Shown in pieces: positions 6,483 to 15,921 of a DNA stretch of 17,427 nt. The notes below the pieces were generated by a model, which saw only the letters and a list, made by a program, of their open reading frames with translations, was not told the DNA's origin and made no database searches. The first letter of the stretch is position 1; every line of letters begins with the position of its first letter. Made by a program: the position numbers and the translations under genes. The DNA comes from Gammaproteobacteria bacterium (GTDB taxonomy: Bacteria; Pseudomonadota; Gammaproteobacteria; Eutrophobiales; Eutrophobiaceae): assembly GCA_965215365.1 (NCBI GenBank), contig CBDCDS010000002.1:1-17427 (forward strand), read 5' to 3'.

Positions 6483-8162
6483 CTGCACGATAACTCGCCG
6501 CAACAAACGGAAGTCTGGCCCCAACTTGCAGAGCATGGCAGGCGTATGGTCAGGCTGTGTATGAAGCAGGAATTTGCGCAAGACCCGGGGCGGGCGCAGC
6601 GGTTTTCTCTGGGTTTGGAACAGCTTTTTGTCGATTTCTCCAAAAATCTGATCACTGATGAAACCCTGTCGCTGCTGCTCCGCCTGGCAGAACAGCGCGG
6701 GTTGAGTGAACGGATTGAGGCGTTGTTCTCAGGACATGAAGTCAATACCACGGAACGGCGGCCGGCGCTGCATACGTTGCTACGGGCGCCGGCAAGTCAG
6801 GGCGAGGTCTCCCCCGGACCGGCTTCCGGTCTGGCCCGGAATGCCACCCCCTCCTTGCGCAAGCAGGGAGCATCAGCGGCCGCTGACAAACTGTCCGATA
6901 TTATCCGCACAACGCGACACGAACAGGAACGGATGTTCGAGTTCGCTCGGGCCTTGCGCAACGGGGCGGTTATGGGCGCGGCGGGGAAACCCCTGTCGAA
7001 GGTCGTGAACATCGGCATCGGCGGTTCCGACCTGGGGCCGAGGTTGGTGGTTGAAGCGTTATCCGCCGGTCAGCAGAACGCTCCGGACATCGATTTCGTC
7101 GCCAACATTGACCCCGCCGATATCGAACGCGCGCTGGCACGCGCCGAGCCGGAAACAACGCTGTTTATAGTTGCCTCCAAATCCTTTACCACTACGGAAA
7201 CCCTGGTTAACGCCCGGCGCGCATGGGCCTGGCTGCACGATAACGGCTGCACCCACCCTGGCCGGCACTTCCTGGCCGTGTCGGGCAACGCCGCTGCGGT
7301 CGAGCGCTTTGGCATTGATAAGGATCGTTATTTCAGGATCGAGGACTGGACCGGCGGGCGTTATTCAATCTGGTCCTGCATCGGCATGAGTGCGGCCATC
7401 AGTATCGGGGTAGAGCGCTACCGGCAGTTCCTGGCCGGCGCGCACGCGCTGGACCGGCACTTTGCCACCGCCAAATTCGCCGACAACGTCCCCGTGCTGC
7501 TGGGATTGATCAGCATCTGGCACAACAATTTCCTCGATATCGGCGCGCACGCAATCATCCCCTACGACCAGGGCTTGGAACGGTTGCCAGCCTACCTGAG
7601 CCAGTTGGTCATGGAAAGCAATGGCAAGTCAGTCAACGCGGCCGGCGACAAGGTGGGGCTTTGCACCACTCCGGTGATCTGGGGCGGTGTCGGCAGCCCG
7701 GCTCAACATGGGGTGTTCCAGTACCTGCACCAGGGCACGCACCGGTCGTCCATCGACTTCCTGTTACCCCTGACCAGTCGCCACAATCAGGAGCAACACC
7801 AACTGCTGGTCGCCAACTGTCTGGCCCAGGGCGAGGCGCTGCTGCGGGGCAACCCCGACGCGGCCGAACCCCACCGCCGCTGCCACGGCAACCGGCCCAG
7901 CACCACCCTCCTCTACCAGCGCCTGGACCCCTACACCCTGGGCCTGCTGCTGGCGCTGTATGAACACAAAACCTTCGTCGAAGCCGCCATCTGTGGCATC
8001 AACCCCTTCGACCAATGGGGCGTAGAACTGGGCAAAACCTTGGCCGGGCAGATCGCCACCGGACTGTCGGGCGCCGCACCAGCCGGGTCACATGATTCAT
8101 CGACGGAGCAGTTGCTGGACAGGTATCGCTCCGCCCTAAGCCCTCTTTGTCGGCCTTTGTGA
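6483..8162 (+). CDS. pgi: Glucose-6-phosphate isomerase (start uncertain: CTG 6483, ATG 6546 or TTG 6414)
   Basis: Motifs DFSKN, NIGIGGSDLGP, VASKSFTTTET, GGRYSIWS, QLVMESNGK, NPFDQWGVELGK. Confidence 0.95.
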   Translation: MHDNSPQQTEVWPQLAEHGRRMVRLCMKQEFAQDPGRAQRFSLGLEQLFVDFSKNLITDETLSLLLRLAEQRGLSERIEALFSGHEVNTTERRPALHTLLRAPASQGEVSPGPASGLARNATPSLRKQGASAAADKLSDIIRTTRHEQERMFEFARALRNGAVMGAAGKPLSKVVNIGIGGSDLGPRLVVEALSAGQQNAPDIDFVANIDPADIERALARAEPETTLFIVASKSFTTTETLVNARRAWAWLHDNGCTHPGRHFLAVSGNAAAVERFGIDKDRYFRIEDWTGGRYSIWSCIGMSAAISIGVERYRQFLAGAHALDRHFATAKFADNVPVLLGLISIWHNNFLDIGAHAIIPYDQGLERLPAYLSQLVMESNGKSVNAAGDKVGLCTTPVIWGGVGSPAQHGVFQYLHQGTHRSSIDFLLPLTSRHNQEQHQLLVANCLAQGEALLRGNPDAAEPHRRCHGNRPSTTLLYQRLDPYTLGLLLALYEHKTFVEAAICGINPFDQWGVELGKTLAGQIATGLSGAAPAGSHDSSTEQLLDRYRSALSPLCRPL

Positions 8163-8768
8163 CAAATCCAGAACAGTGGATTCCCTGGACGGCGCAAGTT
8201 CAAACCCGGGTCGGGATGGCTCCATGAATGTAATAGCTTCGTAGAAATTATCCAATGCGATGAAAAGACCATTTTCCTCGGCCCATTTGCGCATGCTCTG
8301 GTTACATGAATGAGCCCATGACAGAATTTCAACCTGCCAGCCACGTTTATGCATCCTTTCTAGGGTGCTGTGGAAACCTGCTCCCTCGTAATACCCTGCT
8401 CCGTCACCGGTCAGCAGAACTACTATGCCCGGTGTGCCATTGTAGTCCAGTGCATCTTCTAACATTCTCAGTTGTAGCAAACGATCAGGTATTTCCTGCT
8501 CTCCCCTGCCGGGAATGCCCCGATCGAATAAGCGAACCTCTACCCCCATACTCTCAATACGGTTCCATAGCTGACGCATTTCAGGTGGAACAGAGCCGGC
8601 AGCCAGGGCCTTCTGCAAATGGCGATCGGCATGAGCGAGACGCAACATATTGTCGAAGTTAATGCGTACACGGTAACGGGCACCGCTTCCTTCTTCCCGT
8701 TCTTCTGCGAGACGCTGCGCCTCGTGGAAAATATTTGAGTTATCCCAATAAATGAATACGTTATCCAT
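8136..8768 (-). CDS. NYN-domain (LabA/DUF88, PIN-like fold) protein, putative RNase
   Basis: FIYWDNSNI first motif, EQEIPD, VVLLTGDG, 'RMHKRGWQVEILSW...FIALD'. The pattern of acidic residues is typical of NYN domains. Confidence 0.82.
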   Translation of the reverse strand: MDNVFIYWDNSNIFHEAQRLAEEREEGSGARYRVRINFDNMLRLAHADRHLQKALAAGSVPPEMRQLWNRIESMGVEVRLFDRGIPGRGEQEIPDRLLQLRMLEDALDYNGTPGIVVLLTGDGAGYYEGAGFHSTLERMHKRGWQVEILSWAHSCNQSMRKWAEENGLFIALDNFYEAITFMEPSRPGFELAPSRESTVLDLSQRPTKRA

Positions 8769-8853
8769 CTCGGACTGCCTCCGGATATCAACTGATCAAT
8801 TCAGAACTGTCCGTTCTAAACCTTCATGATCAGGGTGCTGCACACCCCGACAG

Positions 8854-8878
8854 TATGTAAATCTGTAAAATTTACATA
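8854..8878. promoter_or_regulatory. Perfect inverted repeat, candidate operator in the divergent NYN/phosphonate intergenic region
   Basis: TATGTAAAT-ctgtaaa-ATTTACATA, with TATAAT at 8885-8890. Confidence 0.4.
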
Positions 8879-9005
8879 GCAAAGTATAATAAAAGTCTGA
8901 ACATAGACAGGGTAAGTAGCAGGAACCTCTATTTTTTTAGATGGTGCCTTACCATAACATCAGCCCGGCATTATAGTCTGAAAAAATCACATGGGAATTT
9001 AATTT

Positions 9006-9755
9006 ATGAAAGCCATCATCCTGGCTGCCGGGCGCGGACAGCGACTTGGAGAAGCTGCGGGGGGGCGCCCTAAGTGCCTGTTGCAATACGGAGGGAAGAC
9101 TCTGCTGCAACGGCATATCGAAATCCTGGATGGCCTGGGTGTGGCACGGATTTTTGTAGTGACGGGGTACGGGCGCGACCAGATCTTCGAGACGCTGTCT
9201 GAGCTGGACTGTCGAACGCCCGTTACCACCCTGACCAACCTGAAATTTGAATGGGGCAGTGTCGTCAGCCTGTTCCAGGCCAGTGAGGCGCTCAGCGACG
9301 GCGCCGATACCATTTTGATGGATGCCGATGTGCTTTATGACCCGGCCATCCTGGAGCGGTTGTTCAGCTCGCAGGCCAGCAACTGCCTGCTGCTGGATCG
9401 GGACTTTGAACCTGGCGATGAACCGGTAAAAATCTGCGTATCCGGCGCCACACCGGTGGAATTCAGGAAACTGCCCGACCCGGCGATAAGCTGGGACTAC
9501 CAGGGTGAGTCAGTGGGTTTTTTTCGTTTCGACGCGGACATGTCGGCACGGTTGCGGCAGAAGACCAGGGAATATATTGAGCAAGACCGGGTTTATGAGC
9601 CTTATGAAGAAGTCATCCGCGACCTGCTTAGAGAGACGCCGGCGCTGTTCCACATTGAGGACATCACCGGCCTGGACTGGCTTGAGATAGATTTTCCCGA
9701 GGATATGGCCCGCGCCCTGGAACTGTTCAACGACGCAGCCGGACGCTGGCACTGA
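9006..9755 (+). CDS. LicC/PntC-like NTP transferase (phosphocholine/phosphonate cytidylyltransferase family)
   Basis: MKAIILAAGRGQRL...PKCLL, ILMDADVLYD, WLEIDFPED. Directly upstream of pepM. Confidence 0.85.
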   Translation: MKAIILAAGRGQRLGEAAGGRPKCLLQYGGKTLLQRHIEILDGLGVARIFVVTGYGRDQIFETLSELDCRTPVTTLTNLKFEWGSVVSLFQASEALSDGADTILMDADVLYDPAILERLFSSQASNCLLLDRDFEPGDEPVKICVSGATPVEFRKLPDPAISWDYQGESVGFFRFDADMSARLRQKTREYIEQDRVYEPYEEVIRDLLRETPALFHIEDITGLDWLEIDFPEDMARALELFNDAAGRWH

Positions 9756-9775
9756 CCAACCCGGCGGCGCCGACA

Positions 9776-9784
9776 TGCTATAAT
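9776..9784 (+). promoter_or_regulatory. Extended -10 promoter upstream of pepM
   Basis: Perfect TGnTATAAT (TGCTATAAT) in the intergenic gap. Confidence 0.5.
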
Positions 9785-9862
9785 GGTGCCGCTATGAGAC
9801 CCGACCCGGCACTATTTCCATTTAATTCTGGCCTGTTCAGCGTCACACAGCAACAGTAACGG

Positions 9863-11491
9863 ATGCCTGTGCCCCCCTCAAGTAAAAGTAAACAGTTACG
9901 CGGCCTGCTCGAGTCGCCCGAGCTGGAATTCATCCTCGAAGCCCATAACGGCATCTCCGCCAAGCTGGTGCAGCAGGCGGGGTTCAAGGGTATCTGGGCG
10001 AGCGGCCTGGCGCTATCAGCGCAGTTCTGCGTGCGTGACAGCAACGAGGCAAGCTGGACCCAGGTGGTGGACATGCTGGAGTTTATGGCCGATGCCACGG
10101 ACATCCCTATCCTGCTCGACGGCGACACCGGCTACGGCAACTTCAACAACATGCGGCGGCTGGTGCACAAACTCGAACAGCGCGGCATCGCCGGCGTGTG
10201 CATTGAAGACAAGCAGTTTCCCAAGACCAACAGCTTCATCGACAGCGGCAGGCAGACCTTAGCCGATATTGATGAGTTCTGCGGCAAGCTCCGGGCCGGC
10301 AAGGACAGCCAGCAGGACTCGGATTTCTGCATCGTTGCCCGGGTGGAGGCCTTGATCGCCGGCTGCGGCATGGACGAGGCCCTGCAACGGGCCTCGGCTT
10401 ATTGCGCCGCCGGCGCCGATGCTATCCTGATACACAGCCGGCAATCCCGCGCCGATGAAATCCTGACCTTTGCCGAGGCCTGGGACGGCGCCTGCCCATT
10501 GGTCATCGTCCCGACCAAATACTACAGCACACCGGTGCAGGTGTTCCGCAAAGCCGGGGTCAGCCTGGTCATCTGGGCCAACCACATGATCCGCGCCTCG
10601 GTGCGGGCTATGGAACAGGTGAGCAGGGAGGTTTTCTGCCAGGAGTCCCTCACCGGCGTGGAAGACCGCATCGCCGCTGTGGACAGCATCTTTCAGCTGC
10701 AGGGCGCCGACGAGCTGCTGCGCGCGCAGGAACGCTACCTGAACCGGGCCGGGGCAGTGCGGGCGCTGGTGCTGGCTGCAAGCCGCGGCAACAACCTGTA
10801 TGAACTGACCGAGGACCGGCCCAAGGCGATGTTGAACATTCGCGGCAAACCGCTACTGCAAAGGCTGGTGGACGAGTTTCGCAAGCGCGCCGTGAACGAC
10901 ATCACGGTGATTGCCGGCTACAAGTCGGACACACTGACCGTCGGCGGCGTCGATATATGCTTAAATACCCGCTTTGACGCCACCGGCGAATTGTACTCCC
11001 TGGCCTGCGCCCGCGACCGATTCAGTGACGACATGGTGCTCATGTACGGCGACCTGCTGTTCCGTTCCTATATCCTGCAAGACCTGCTGGAACGGGACGG
11101 CGAGCTGGTCATCGTTGTCGATTCCCTCATGGAAGAGGTGGAAATCACCGGCACGCCCGATTATGTCTGGTGCGACCGTGCTGACGATCGCTCGCTGTTC
11201 ATGCAGGAGGTGCAACTGCAACGGGTCGCTGAAGAGCAGGTCCCGGAGGATCCGCCCTGCGGACGCTGGACCGGCATGATGCGGGTCAGGTCGCAGGGGA
11301 GGCTCTGGCTGGAGCAGGCGCTAGACGAACTATCCGCCCGCCCCGACTATGAACAACTGACGCTGCCCGACCTGCTCAACCATCTGACCGGTAACGGCCG
11401 GCCGGTCACGGTACACTACATCAACGGCCACTGGCTGGATGTGAACAGCGTCAACGACATCGACCGGGCCGGCGATTTTACCTCGGATTGA
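9863..11491 (+). CDS. pepM: Phosphoenolpyruvate mutase fused to a C-terminal cytidylyltransferase-like domain (AepX type)
   Basis: PepM signature EDKxxxxxNS ([10 protein letters not shown]), [25 protein letters not shown]-terminal domain LAASRG...RPKAML...YGDLLF...WLDVN. Confidence 0.95.
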   Translation: MPVPPSSKSKQLRGLLESPELEFILEAHNGISAKLVQQAGFKGIWASGLALSAQFCVRDSNEASWTQVVDMLEFMADATDIPILLDGDTGYGNFNNMRRLVHKLEQRGIAGVCIEDKQFPKTNSFIDSGRQTLADIDEFCGKLRAGKDSQQDSDFCIVARVEALIAGCGMDEALQRASAYCAAGADAILIHSRQSRADEILTFAEAWDGACPLVIVPTKYYSTPVQVFRKAGVSLVIWANHMIRASVRAMEQVSREVFCQESLTGVEDRIAAVDSIFQLQGADELLRAQERYLNRAGAVRALVLAASRGNNLYELTEDRPKAMLNIRGKPLLQRLVDEFRKRAVNDITVIAGYKSDTLTVGGVDICLNTRFDATGELYSLACARDRFSDDMVLMYGDLLFRSYILQDLLERDGELVIVVDSLMEEVEITGTPDYVWCDRADDRSLFMQEVQLQRVAEEQVPEDPPCGRWTGMMRVRSQGRLWLEQALDELSARPDYEQLTLPDLLNHLTGNGRPVTVHYINGHWLDVNSVNDIDRAGDFTSD

Positions 11492-11536
11492 GGATGACTG
11501 AGCTGCGTCACCTGTGGATAAATCTGCTACGGATGT

Positions 11537-12706
11537 ATGATAAAAATGATCAACGCTGAAGCCTTCATTGAGACTGCCTGCGCGCACGGGTTTTCCCGCT
11601 ACATCGGCGTGCCTTGCTCCTACCTCACGCCGTTCATCAATTACGTCATCAACGACAAGCAGCTTACCTATATCTCCTCCGCCAATGAAGGCGACGCGGT
11701 TGCCACCGCAGCCGGTCTGACCCTGGACGGGGGACGGGCGGTGGCGATGATGCAGAACTCTGGCCTGGGTAACGCCGTGAATCCGCTGACTTCGCTGGCG
11801 CTGATGTTTGCTGTGCCGATGTTGCTCATCGTCACTCACCGCGGCAGGTTGGGGCAGGAGGATGAGCCGCAACATGCAATGATGGGCCGGATTACCGGCG
11901 GCCTGTTCGAGCTCATGGACATTCCCTGGGAGCCGTTTCCAACCCATGAACGGGACATCAAACCAGTGCTGCAACGGATCGACCGCTATTGCACCGAGCA
12001 GCAAAGACCTTATGCCTTGTTGATGGAACGCGGTGCCGTGGCGATGCATGCATTACAGGCTGAAACCATTCCGTCCGGGGTCGGTGCGCGCGGCCTGCGT
12101 AACAATGTCGCAGGGAACAGCATACAGCCCTCCAGAAACGACGCGCTCAGGGAGATCATCCGCCACACCCCTGCAGACGGGTCAATCCTGATCAGCACCA
12201 CCGGCTACACCAGCCGGGAGTTATACGCCATTGACGACCGCAGCAATCAGCTCTATGTGGTCGGCTCTATGGGGTGCGCCTCCGCCTTTGCCTTGGGCGT
12301 ATCCCTGGCCCGGCCTGACCTGCAGGTCACCGTGATAGATGGTGACGGCGCCGCGCTCATGCGTCTGGGTAACTTCACCACCATCGGCAGTTACGCGCAC
12401 AACAACCTGACGCATGTACTGCTGGATAACGGTGTGCACGAATCCACCGGGTCGCAGGCCACCGTGTCCGCAAACGTCAACTTCGCAGATATCGCCGCAG
12501 CCTGCGGCTACGGCCTGGCTCTGGACGGCGCCGATCTGGCTGTGATTAAGGAGTTGTACTCCCGCAAAGACATAACTGGACCCCGCTTTGCGCACCTGAG
12601 AATAAAACCGGGCATACCGGGCAAGCTGCCCCGCCCGGAGACATCACCGCAGGAGGTGTTACGGCGCTTGATGAAACACATTAACAAGAACGGGCATTAC
12701 AGGTGA
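11537..12706 (+). CDS. aepY: Phosphonopyruvate decarboxylase (TPP-dependent; alternative start ATG 11546)
   Basis: GVPCS, NEGDAVA, MQNSGLGN, DEPQH, GSMG and the TPP motif DGDGAALM...DNG. Follows pepM. Confidence 0.94.
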   Translation: MIKMINAEAFIETACAHGFSRYIGVPCSYLTPFINYVINDKQLTYISSANEGDAVATAAGLTLDGGRAVAMMQNSGLGNAVNPLTSLALMFAVPMLLIVTHRGRLGQEDEPQHAMMGRITGGLFELMDIPWEPFPTHERDIKPVLQRIDRYCTEQQRPYALLMERGAVAMHALQAETIPSGVGARGLRNNVAGNSIQPSRNDALREIIRHTPADGSILISTTGYTSRELYAIDDRSNQLYVVGSMGCASAFALGVSLARPDLQVTVIDGDGAALMRLGNFTTIGSYAHNNLTHVLLDNGVHESTGSQATVSANVNFADIAAACGYGLALDGADLAVIKELYSRKDITGPRFAHLRIKPGIPGKLPRPETSPQEVLRRLMKHINKNGHYR

Positions 12707-12716
12707 ATGACAGCCA

Positions 12717-12780
12717 TTCCCGCCAGCCTCGGCAAGACAGGCGGGGTTAGCGGGAACTACTGACCCGGCATCCGGTGAGA
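12717..12780. repeat. REP/MITE-like palindrome copy 2, possibly a bidirectional terminator between convergent aepY and dxs
   Basis: TTCCCGCCAGCC...GGTTAGCGGGAA stem ending in CTAC. Related to 3989-4030. Confidence 0.6.
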
Positions 12781-12782
12781 TA

Positions 12783-14657
12783 CTACGCCGCCGCCGCTTT
12801 GCCAATATACTCCAACAACCCCTCCTTAGTCAGCTGCGCATCATCCAGCATGTCCTGCTGCGAGCCGTGCTGCAGCAAGCGGTCGGGCAGGCCGTAGTTG
12901 AGAATGCGACAAGCGAGCCCCTGCTCAGCCAGATATTCGTTCACCGCGCTACCGGCGCCGCCTTGCACCACGTTTTCTTCCACCGTCACCAGTAATTCGT
13001 GAGAGGCGGCCAGCTCGGCGATCAACTCCCCGTCCAGCGGCTTGACAAAACGCATGTTCGCCACCGTCGCATCCAGCGCCTCACCGGCCTCCAATGCGAT
13101 CTGCCACACGCTGCCGAAGGACAGTAATGCAATTTTTTTACCCTGCCGGCGCACTTCCCCCTTGCCCAACGGCAACGCCGTCATCTCCCGCTCAACATCG
13201 ACGCCCGGGCCACCGCCCCGGGGATACCGCACCGCCACCGGCTGCTCCAGCAAAAAGCCGGTATATAGCATCTGCCGGCATTCGTTCTCGTCCGCCGGCG
13301 CCATGACTACCATGTGCGGGAGACAGCGCAGGTAGGTAAAATCGTAAGACCCGTTATGGGTGGGGCCATCGGCGCCGACCACACCGGCGCGGTCGATAGC
13401 AAACAACACCGGCAACTTCTGGTTGACCACGTCATGGACGACCTGGTCGTAAGCGCGTTGCAGGAAGGTTGAATAGATCGCCACCACCGGCTTGAGGCCG
13501 TCGCAGGCCATGCCGGCAGCCACGGCAACGCTGTGCTGTTCGGCGATGGCCACGTCAAAATAACGATCCGGGTACTCCTGTTCAAAGCGCACCAGAGCCG
13601 ACCCCTCGCGCATGGCGGGCGTGATCGCTACCAGACGCGGGTCCAGCGCCGCCATATCGCAGACCCAGTCACTGAACACCTGACTGTAAGTGGGCTTAGG
13701 CGGCTTAGCCGGTTTGGAAGCTGCCGTTTTGCCGGTCTGCGGGTCAAACGGCTTGCTCACCGCATGCCATTTCACCGGGTCATCCTCGGCCGGACCGTAG
13801 CCCTTGCCCTTGCGGGTGATGATGTGCAGGAACTGCGGCCCCTCCAACTCGCTGATGTTGCGGATGGTCGCCAGCAGGGTGGGCAGGTGGTGACCATCCA
13901 CCGGGCCGATGTAATTGAACCCGAACTCTTCGAACAGCGCGCCCGGCACGATCATGCCTTTTAAGTGTTCCTCGGCGCGCCGGGATATTTCCAGCGCCCC
14001 CGGCACCTTCGACAGCACCTTCCGGCCCTGTTCGCGCATGGTGGTATAGAACTTTCCGGACAACAACTGGGCGAAGCGGTTTGACAGCGCGCCCACATTG
14101 GGCGATATCGACATATTGTTGTCGTTCAGTATCACCAGCAGGTTGGCGCCGATGTCACCGGCATGGTTCAGGGCTTCAAAAGCCATGCCTGCGGTCAGCC
14201 CGCCGTCGCCGATGATGGCCACACATTTGCGCCCGCTACCGGTATTACGGGCGGCGACAGCCATGCCCAGAGCGCCGCTGATGGAGGTACTGGAATGCCC
14301 CACGCCGAAGGTGTCATACGGGCTTTCGTCCCGCTTCGGGAACGGCGCCAGCCCGCCATGCTTCCTGATGGTGTGCAACTGGTCCCGGCGCCCGGTGAGG
14401 ATTTTGTGCCCGTAAGCCTGGTGGCCGACGTCCCAGACCAACCGGTCTTCCGGGGTGTTGTAAATGTAATGCAGGGCAATGGTAAGTTCCACCGCGCCCA
14501 GGCTGGCGGCAAAATGGCCGCTATTGCTACTGGCCCAATGCAGCAGAAAGGCGCGCATCTCATGCGCCAGCGCCTCCAGTTGTTCTTCAGGCAGGCGTCT
14601 TAAATCATCCGGCGCTTCAATCCCGTTGAGCAAGGGTGTCTGTATTTGTGCCGACAT
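12783..14657 (-). CDS. dxs: 1-deoxy-D-xylulose-5-phosphate synthase (ATG 14657; alternative GTG 14669)
   Basis: [72 protein letters not shown]. Confidence 0.97.
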   Translation of the reverse strand: MSAQIQTPLLNGIEAPDDLRRLPEEQLEALAHEMRAFLLHWASSNSGHFAASLGAVELTIALHYIYNTPEDRLVWDVGHQAYGHKILTGRRDQLHTIRKHGGLAPFPKRDESPYDTFGVGHSSTSISGALGMAVAARNTGSGRKCVAIIGDGGLTAGMAFEALNHAGDIGANLLVILNDNNMSISPNVGALSNRFAQLLSGKFYTTMREQGRKVLSKVPGALEISRRAEEHLKGMIVPGALFEEFGFNYIGPVDGHHLPTLLATIRNISELEGPQFLHIITRKGKGYGPAEDDPVKWHAVSKPFDPQTGKTAASKPAKPPKPTYSQVFSDWVCDMAALDPRLVAITPAMREGSALVRFEQEYPDRYFDVAIAEQHSVAVAAGMACDGLKPVVAIYSTFLQRAYDQVVHDVVNQKLPVLFAIDRAGVVGADGPTHNGSYDFTYLRCLPHMVVMAPADENECRQMLYTGFLLEQPVAVRYPRGGGPGVDVEREMTALPLGKGEVRRQGKKIALLSFGSVWQIALEAGEALDATVANMRFVKPLDGELIAELAASHELLVTVEENVVQGGAGSAVNEYLAEQGLACRILNYGLPDRLLQHGSQQDMLDDAQLTKEGLLEYIGKAAAA

Positions 14658-14687
14658 ATTAGTTTCCACATCACCATAAAAACGTTG

Positions 14688-14716
14688 ACTCTAAACAGAA
14701 ACGCGCCTTGTTGCAA
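14688..14716 (-). promoter_or_regulatory. Candidate sigma70 promoter of dxs
   Basis: Minus strand TTGCAA, 17 nt, TAGAGT. Confidence 0.35.
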
Positions 14717-14796
14717 GTGCGGAGCAGTCGCGCACAGAAGCCCGCAGATCTCACCCAGTGATGCGAAGATCGCGCCGGATTGGTGCTGCCTGCGGG

Positions 14797-15765
14797 CTAT
14801 AGAAAATCCTTCCCGGCATGGTCCCTGAACAACTCCGCGTCGCGTATATATCCCATCACTGTTTCCGGGTTGGTGTGCCGGGTAATCTGCATGATCTTGT
14901 CCAGCCGCGCATTGTGCGCCGCCGCGCTGGTGACAAAACCTGCCCGCAATGAATGACCGGAGATCTCGTCCGGATTCAAACCGATCATTTTCCCATAATG
15001 CTTCAACAAGCGGGGCACATCGGCATGATGCAGGGGACGGCCGCGCACGTTGCCACTGCGCGTCACGGACTGGAATATATGTCCCCACCTGATAGCGGAG
15101 ATACGCAGCCAATCCTCCAGCCGCTTTATGGGTCTTATCGCATTCCCCTCAGGTATCGCAATGCGTTGCCCTTTCCCTTCCTGATCGGTCTTCGACCTTC
15201 TTATGTTGATAAACATTTGACGATGCTCAGCACCATTGATCGATGGAATAATCTGAATATCATCCATCGTAAGAGCGCATATTTCAGACCGTCGCAAGGC
15301 CGCCGAGAACCCAAGTGAAATAAGCGCCGCATCACGCAGGCCAATCGGGTTATCGCCGCACTGCTCCAGCATGCTCAGGATGTGATGCTCGCGCAAGGCC
15401 AGTACCCGGCGCCGGGCCGTGCCACGCATCCGCGCCAGTCCTTTCATAATCACGTCCACCTTGGGGTGAGCAGTGGGTGACAACTGGTGCGCCTCTACAA
15501 ACTTTCTGTTGATCGCACTCCGGTACAAACTCAGTGTTGAAAATGACAAGCTCTTGCCATTGATCATATTAGTCCGTGAGCCCATGATGATAAAAAAATC
15601 GGCCACGTCATCAGGCGCCGCCGCCAGTGCGTCGATACCCACATCCTTGCAATAGACCTGAAAACAGGCCCAACCCTTATCGTAGGCAATGCGAGTATTG
15701 TTCGCCAGCGCCGAAAAAAGCACGTCATCATAAAATCTGCTTTGGTTTTCAGTTGATTTCAGCAT
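14797..15765 (-). CDS. Cre-like site-specific tyrosine recombinase
   Basis: Catalytic set R (LRRSEI), K (RRSKTDQ), HxxR (GHSLRAG), H (TRHT) and Y (MGYIR). N-terminal helical core-binding region. GAGGA SD. Confidence 0.92.
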   Translation of the reverse strand: MLKSTENQSRFYDDVLFSALANNTRIAYDKGWACFQVYCKDVGIDALAAAPDDVADFFIIMGSRTNMINGKSLSFSTLSLYRSAINRKFVEAHQLSPTAHPKVDVIMKGLARMRGTARRRVLALREHHILSMLEQCGDNPIGLRDAALISLGFSAALRRSEICALTMDDIQIIPSINGAEHRQMFINIRRSKTDQEGKGQRIAIPEGNAIRPIKRLEDWLRISAIRWGHIFQSVTRSGNVRGRPLHHADVPRLLKHYGKMIGLNPDEISGHSLRAGFVTSAAAHNARLDKIMQITRHTNPETVMGYIRDAELFRDHAGKDFL

Positions 15766-15892
15766 GATTATTTCCTCATAAATCAGTTTGTTGTTTTGAC
15801 ATACAAATTTTTTGCAGGTTCATGTCCCCCTGCTCGTCACTCATTGCATCGTTACCGCTCTGATTTCCAAAAACACCTGTGAAAATCTATCC

Positions 15893-15921
15893 TTTCCATA
15901 TTCCTGAAAATACCTTATACT
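15893..15921 (+). promoter_or_regulatory. Candidate sigma70 promoter of the T1SS ABC gene
   Basis: TTTCCA, 17 nt, TATACT. Confidence 0.35.

Larger units (their letters stand above)
5107..6486 (+). repeat. B-unit tandem duplication (offset 706 bp; second copy has 33 extra bp)
   Basis: Sequence from 5107 matches 5813 onward through the linker, promoter and B gene. Homology ends at TGACAGGATTTTTCT(C/T)CTGC. Confidence 0.95.

Noticed and set aside
11513-11521. Perfect DnaA box TGTGGATAA between pepM and aepY
   Set aside because: A single copy with no box cluster, AT-rich unwinding element or origin genes. Likely chance.
12783-14657. dxs as a self-resistance gene for a phosphonate antibiotic
   Set aside because: It looks like an ordinary housekeeping Dxs and is convergent to the cluster. 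The cytidylyltransferases point to surface phosphonates, not an antibiotic.
15878-15893. TGTGA half-site upstream of prtD as a CRP site
   Set aside because: The second half (ATCCT) does not match TCACA.
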